Assembly: GCA_016926735.1 (NCBI GenBank)
Contig: JAFGOA010000145.1
Location: 1-38,537, forward strand
DNA: 38,537 bases
Origin: Promethearchaeota archaeon
GTDB taxonomy: Archaea > Asgardarchaeota > Lokiarchaeia > Sigyniarchaeales > SOKP01
Reading direction: 5' to 3'
Shown: positions 35,701 through 38,537 of the stretch, piece after piece
Numbering within the stretch: position 1 is the stretch's first letter
Layout: each line of letters starts with the position of its first letter
The notes under the pieces: generated by a model
The model's input: the letters and a program-made list of their open reading frames with translations, nothing else
Told to the model about the DNA's origin: nothing
The model's database searches: none
Program-made: the position numbers and the translations under genes

Positions 35701-38537
35701 ATGAAAGATTTTCGCATTTTATTTACGAAAAAGGTTAAATTCCTATTAATATTATTTATTTTTCTATTTCAATCTACATTATTTTTAGGTAATTCAATAA
35801 ATAAAAATATGATAAATAATCATGAATTAAAAATTAATAATTGGGAAGAAATACCTATAACAGATACGAATGGTGAAGCATTATACAATTATGCTACTAT
35901 GGTTTCAAGAACAATTCTTTTTTATGATGCAAATCAATGTGGGAATAATATAACTGGAAATAATCGATTTAATTGGAGAGGAGATTGTCATCTTAATGAT
36001 GGAATAGAATGGACTCTAAATAATGGAGAGACAATTTGGATTGATGCAACAGGAGGGTATCATGATGCTGGTGACCATATTAAATTTGGAATTACTAATG
36101 CATATGCGGCATCAACATTAGGGTGGGGATTATATGAATTTAGGGATCAATATGAAGAAACAGGACAATTAGATGACATATTAAGAGTTATTAAATGGGC
36201 TACAGATTATTTTATTAAATGCCATCCCGAACCCAATAGTTTTCTTTACAGTGTTGGATCTGGAGAGGATCATAATTATTGGGGACCACCAGAATTACAA
36301 CTAGATTCAAGAAGTCCACGTGATATTATTGTATGTACCCCTTCAAATCCTGCGTCTGATGTTTGTGGTTTAACTGCTGGTGCTTTAGCTTTAATGTATA
36401 TAAATTACTATGATATAGATGAGGAATATGCTAATTTATGTCTAAAACATGCAAAAGAGATATTTGAATTAGGACGAAATAATTTAGGATTAAGTGATGG
36501 TTTAGCTTTTTATCCTCCAAGTATTTATTGGGATGATTTAGCATGGGGAGCTTTATGGTTATATGCTGCCTCGAATGATATTTCATATTATAATGAATTC
36601 TTGACTATTTTAGGGCCATCTTGCGCGGGTATAGATCATGATGATGATATTGAAAATGGATTAAATTGGGAAAATCAATGGACACATTGTTGGGATGCTG
36701 TTTGGGCAGGCGTATTTGCTGCAGCAGCGGGAATAACAGCGCATCCAGCATTTTTAGAACAAGTAAAGATTAACTTGGATTTTTGGCTTTATGATCTGGA
36801 TGAAACCCCGGCAGGATTAAAGTATTTAAATGAATGGGGTGTTTTGAGATATTCAACAGCATCAGCATTATGTGGATTAGTCTATTATAAATACACAAAT
36901 GACATAGTGTATCGGGATTATGCTGCTAGTCAAATAAATTATGCTTTAGGATCAAATCCATTGCAACGGTGTTATATTGTGGGTTGTGGTAATAATCCAC
37001 CTCAGCACCCCCATCATGATGCAGCGCATGGTTCTGAAACAGGTTTTCTTGATGATCCTCTTGAACATAAACATATACTCTATGGTGCTCTAGTGGGAGG
37101 ACCTGGTATGGATGATCAACATAATGATGCCACAGATGATTATGTTCAAAATGAAGTATCAATTGATTATAATGCAGCAATGGTTGGCGCTTTAGCAGGA
37201 ATGAGAAAATATTTTGGTCCAAATCTTATACCTGATCCCGATCCTCTACCAGAAGAGCCTATTCAAGCATATTGGGTAGAATCCAAAATTGAAAAAGACC
37301 AGAATGAGAGATCCCAACTCACCTTTTACGTTCAAAATCATGCAATTCATCCACCTCATTATGAAAATAATCTAATTTTTAGATATTTTGTAGACTTAAG
37401 TGAGGTTTTTGAACAAGATTATGGATTAGAAAATGTAAATATTGAGGTTGTTGTAAATGAGAACCAAGAAGCTCAAGTTAGTCAAGAATTAATTCCTTGG
37501 GATGAATTAAACTATATTTATTATGTTGAAATTAGTTATCAAGGTGTGGAATTATATAATAAGAGGGAGGTACAAATAGCGTTGATATATAATACTCCAA
37601 ATTTTGAAGGAATTTGGGATCCTACAAATGATTTTTCACATTTACCAATGACAGATCAATTAGAATCTAATGAAAATATCCCTCTCTATCGAGGAGAAGA
37701 GCTAATTTGGGGTTTAGAACCATATAAAGATAGAATACCTCCGGAACCACCATCAGGAATTATTACTACAGTGAAGGGTAGTGCCCAAATTGATTTAGAT
37801 TGGAACGATAATACAGAAGAAGATTTATCATATTACAACATTTATCATAGTACCGCTGTTAACTTCGAATGTAATATGGATTCATTTATAGGTAGTTCTA
37901 AAACTAGTGAATATTCGGATACTGAATTATTACAAGAAACTACTTATAACTATAAAATAACTGCTGTAGATTCAAATCAAAACGAAGGTATGCCTTCAGA
38001 AATAGTTTCTGCTACTACACTTACTCCTGATCCTTATCCTCCAGATCCTCCAACAGGATTATCTATAATAAGTACAAGTTCTTCACAAATCGAACTTGAT
38101 TGGAATGATAATACTGAAAGTGATTTATCAAAATATAAAATATATCGAAGTACCTCGATGGGATTTATATGTGATCAAGTTAATTTCATTGGTGATACGC
38201 TTGTAAGCATATATTTAGATAGTAATCTCTTAGCAAATACAATTTATTATTATAAGATCATCGCAATAGACACGAGTAATAATCCAAGCAATCCTTCATT
38301 TGAAATAATAGCCCAGACAGATAAAATATTAGCAGGATTGAAAGTTCAATACAGATCCGGAAATTTAAATCAATTAAGTTCGGAAATTAGGTATGAATTA
38401 ATATTATTTAACAATGGCCCATTGGATGTAGCATTAACAGATGTTACAATGAGATATTGGTTTACCTCTGAACCGTCCCTAAGTGATCTTACCTATTCCT
38501 GTGATTATGCCGCAGTTGGCGCCTCAGGAATCTCAAC
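35701..38537 (+). CDS. Secreted modular glycoside hydrolase family 9: GH9-CBM3c-Fn3-Fn3-CBM3 (3' truncated by the window edge; absent from the ORF track)
   Basis: ATG 35701, signal-like N-terminus; NWRGDCH, TGGYHDAGDHIKFG, PQHPHH, LYGALVGGP, DYVQNEVSIDYNA; CBM3c-like RYFVDLSE...WDPTNDFS...WGLEP; two Fn3 repeats (PxPPxG...LDWNDNTExDLSxYxIY...YxYKIxAxD); CBM3 start LKVQY...MRYWFT...CDYA. Confidence 0.93.
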   Translation, partial: MKDFRILFTKKVKFLLILFIFLFQSTLFLGNSINKNMINNHELKINNWEEIPITDTNGEALYNYATMVSRTILFYDANQCGNNITGNNRFNWRGDCHLNDGIEWTLNNGETIWIDATGGYHDAGDHIKFGITNAYAASTLGWGLYEFRDQYEETGQLDDILRVIKWATDYFIKCHPEPNSFLYSVGSGEDHNYWGPPELQLDSRSPRDIIVCTPSNPASDVCGLTAGALALMYINYYDIDEEYANLCLKHAKEIFELGRNNLGLSDGLAFYPPSIYWDDLAWGALWLYAASNDISYYNEFLTILGPSCAGIDHDDDIENGLNWENQWTHCWDAVWAGVFAAAAGITAHPAFLEQVKINLDFWLYDLDETPAGLKYLNEWGVLRYSTASALCGLVYYKYTNDIVYRDYAASQINYALGSNPLQRCYIVGCGNNPPQHPHHDAAHGSETGFLDDPLEHKHILYGALVGGPGMDDQHNDATDDYVQNEVSIDYNAAMVGALAGMRKYFGPNLIPDPDPLPEEPIQAYWVESKIEKDQNERSQLTFYVQNHAIHPPHYENNLIFRYFVDLSEVFEQDYGLENVNIEVVVNENQEAQVSQELIPWDELNYIYYVEISYQGVELYNKREVQIALIYNTPNFEGIWDPTNDFSHLPMTDQLESNENIPLYRGEELIWGLEPYKDRIPPEPPSGIITTVKGSAQIDLDWNDNTEEDLSYYNIYHSTAVNFECNMDSFIGSSKTSEYSDTELLQETTYNYKITAVDSNQNEGMPSEIVSATTLTPDPYPPDPPTGLSIISTSSSQIELDWNDNTESDLSKYKIYRSTSMGFICDQVNFIGDTLVSIYLDSNLLANTIYYYKIIAIDTSNNPSNPSFEIIAQTDKILAGLKVQYRSGNLNQLSSEIRYELILFNNGPLDVALTDVTMRYWFTSEPSLSDLTYSCDYAAVGASGIS

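Noticed and set aside
766-37222. Short overlapping ORFs in the track (e.g. 766..1047, 2407..2610, 3680..3952, 4691..4933, 5436..5654, 7658..7906, 8094..8279, 11675..12040, 16122..16319, 17486..17680, 20087..20299, 20525..20707, 23588..23881, 29404..29595, 31937..32146, 36926..37222)
   Set aside because: Shadow frames lying over well-supported genes, with no recognisable motifs.

Overview
This is a very AT-rich archaeal chromosomal segment. Gene content and protein style (archaeal ribosomal/eIF6/prefoldin/FtsY cluster, roadblock- and longin-like domains, a C-terminally anchored surface protein) point to an Asgard archaeon, probably Lokiarchaeia; that assignment is inference. The core is ahcY, an ArsA/Get3-family ATPase, dnaG, secE, and the conserved rps19e-PDCD5-rpl39e-rpl31e-eif6-rplX-pfdA-ftsY string, with yhbY-rnp4-nep1 transcribed divergently. 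Accessory genes follow: a radical SAM + AlkD-like repair pair, two 7TM-longin paralogs flanking a wHTH regulator, DUF72, SIR2-TPR, RNase HI, an ArsC-like protein, and a modular GH9 cellulase running off the right edge. The standout observation is that dnaG is split, inside its most conserved N-terminal motif (GAIFGQ|TEGLL), by a 31-nt insert that carries a stop and shifts the frame. The insert folds into a bulge-helix-bulge-like structure whose predicted endonuclease cuts restore the ORF exactly, making it a candidate tRNA-type intron in an mRNA. The same window has a tRNA-Gly with a variable-loop intron and a tRNA-Phe with three non-canonical introns of similar size, consistent with a permissive splicing endonuclease acting on both tRNA and mRNA. 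All folds and family calls were made by eye, without database searches.
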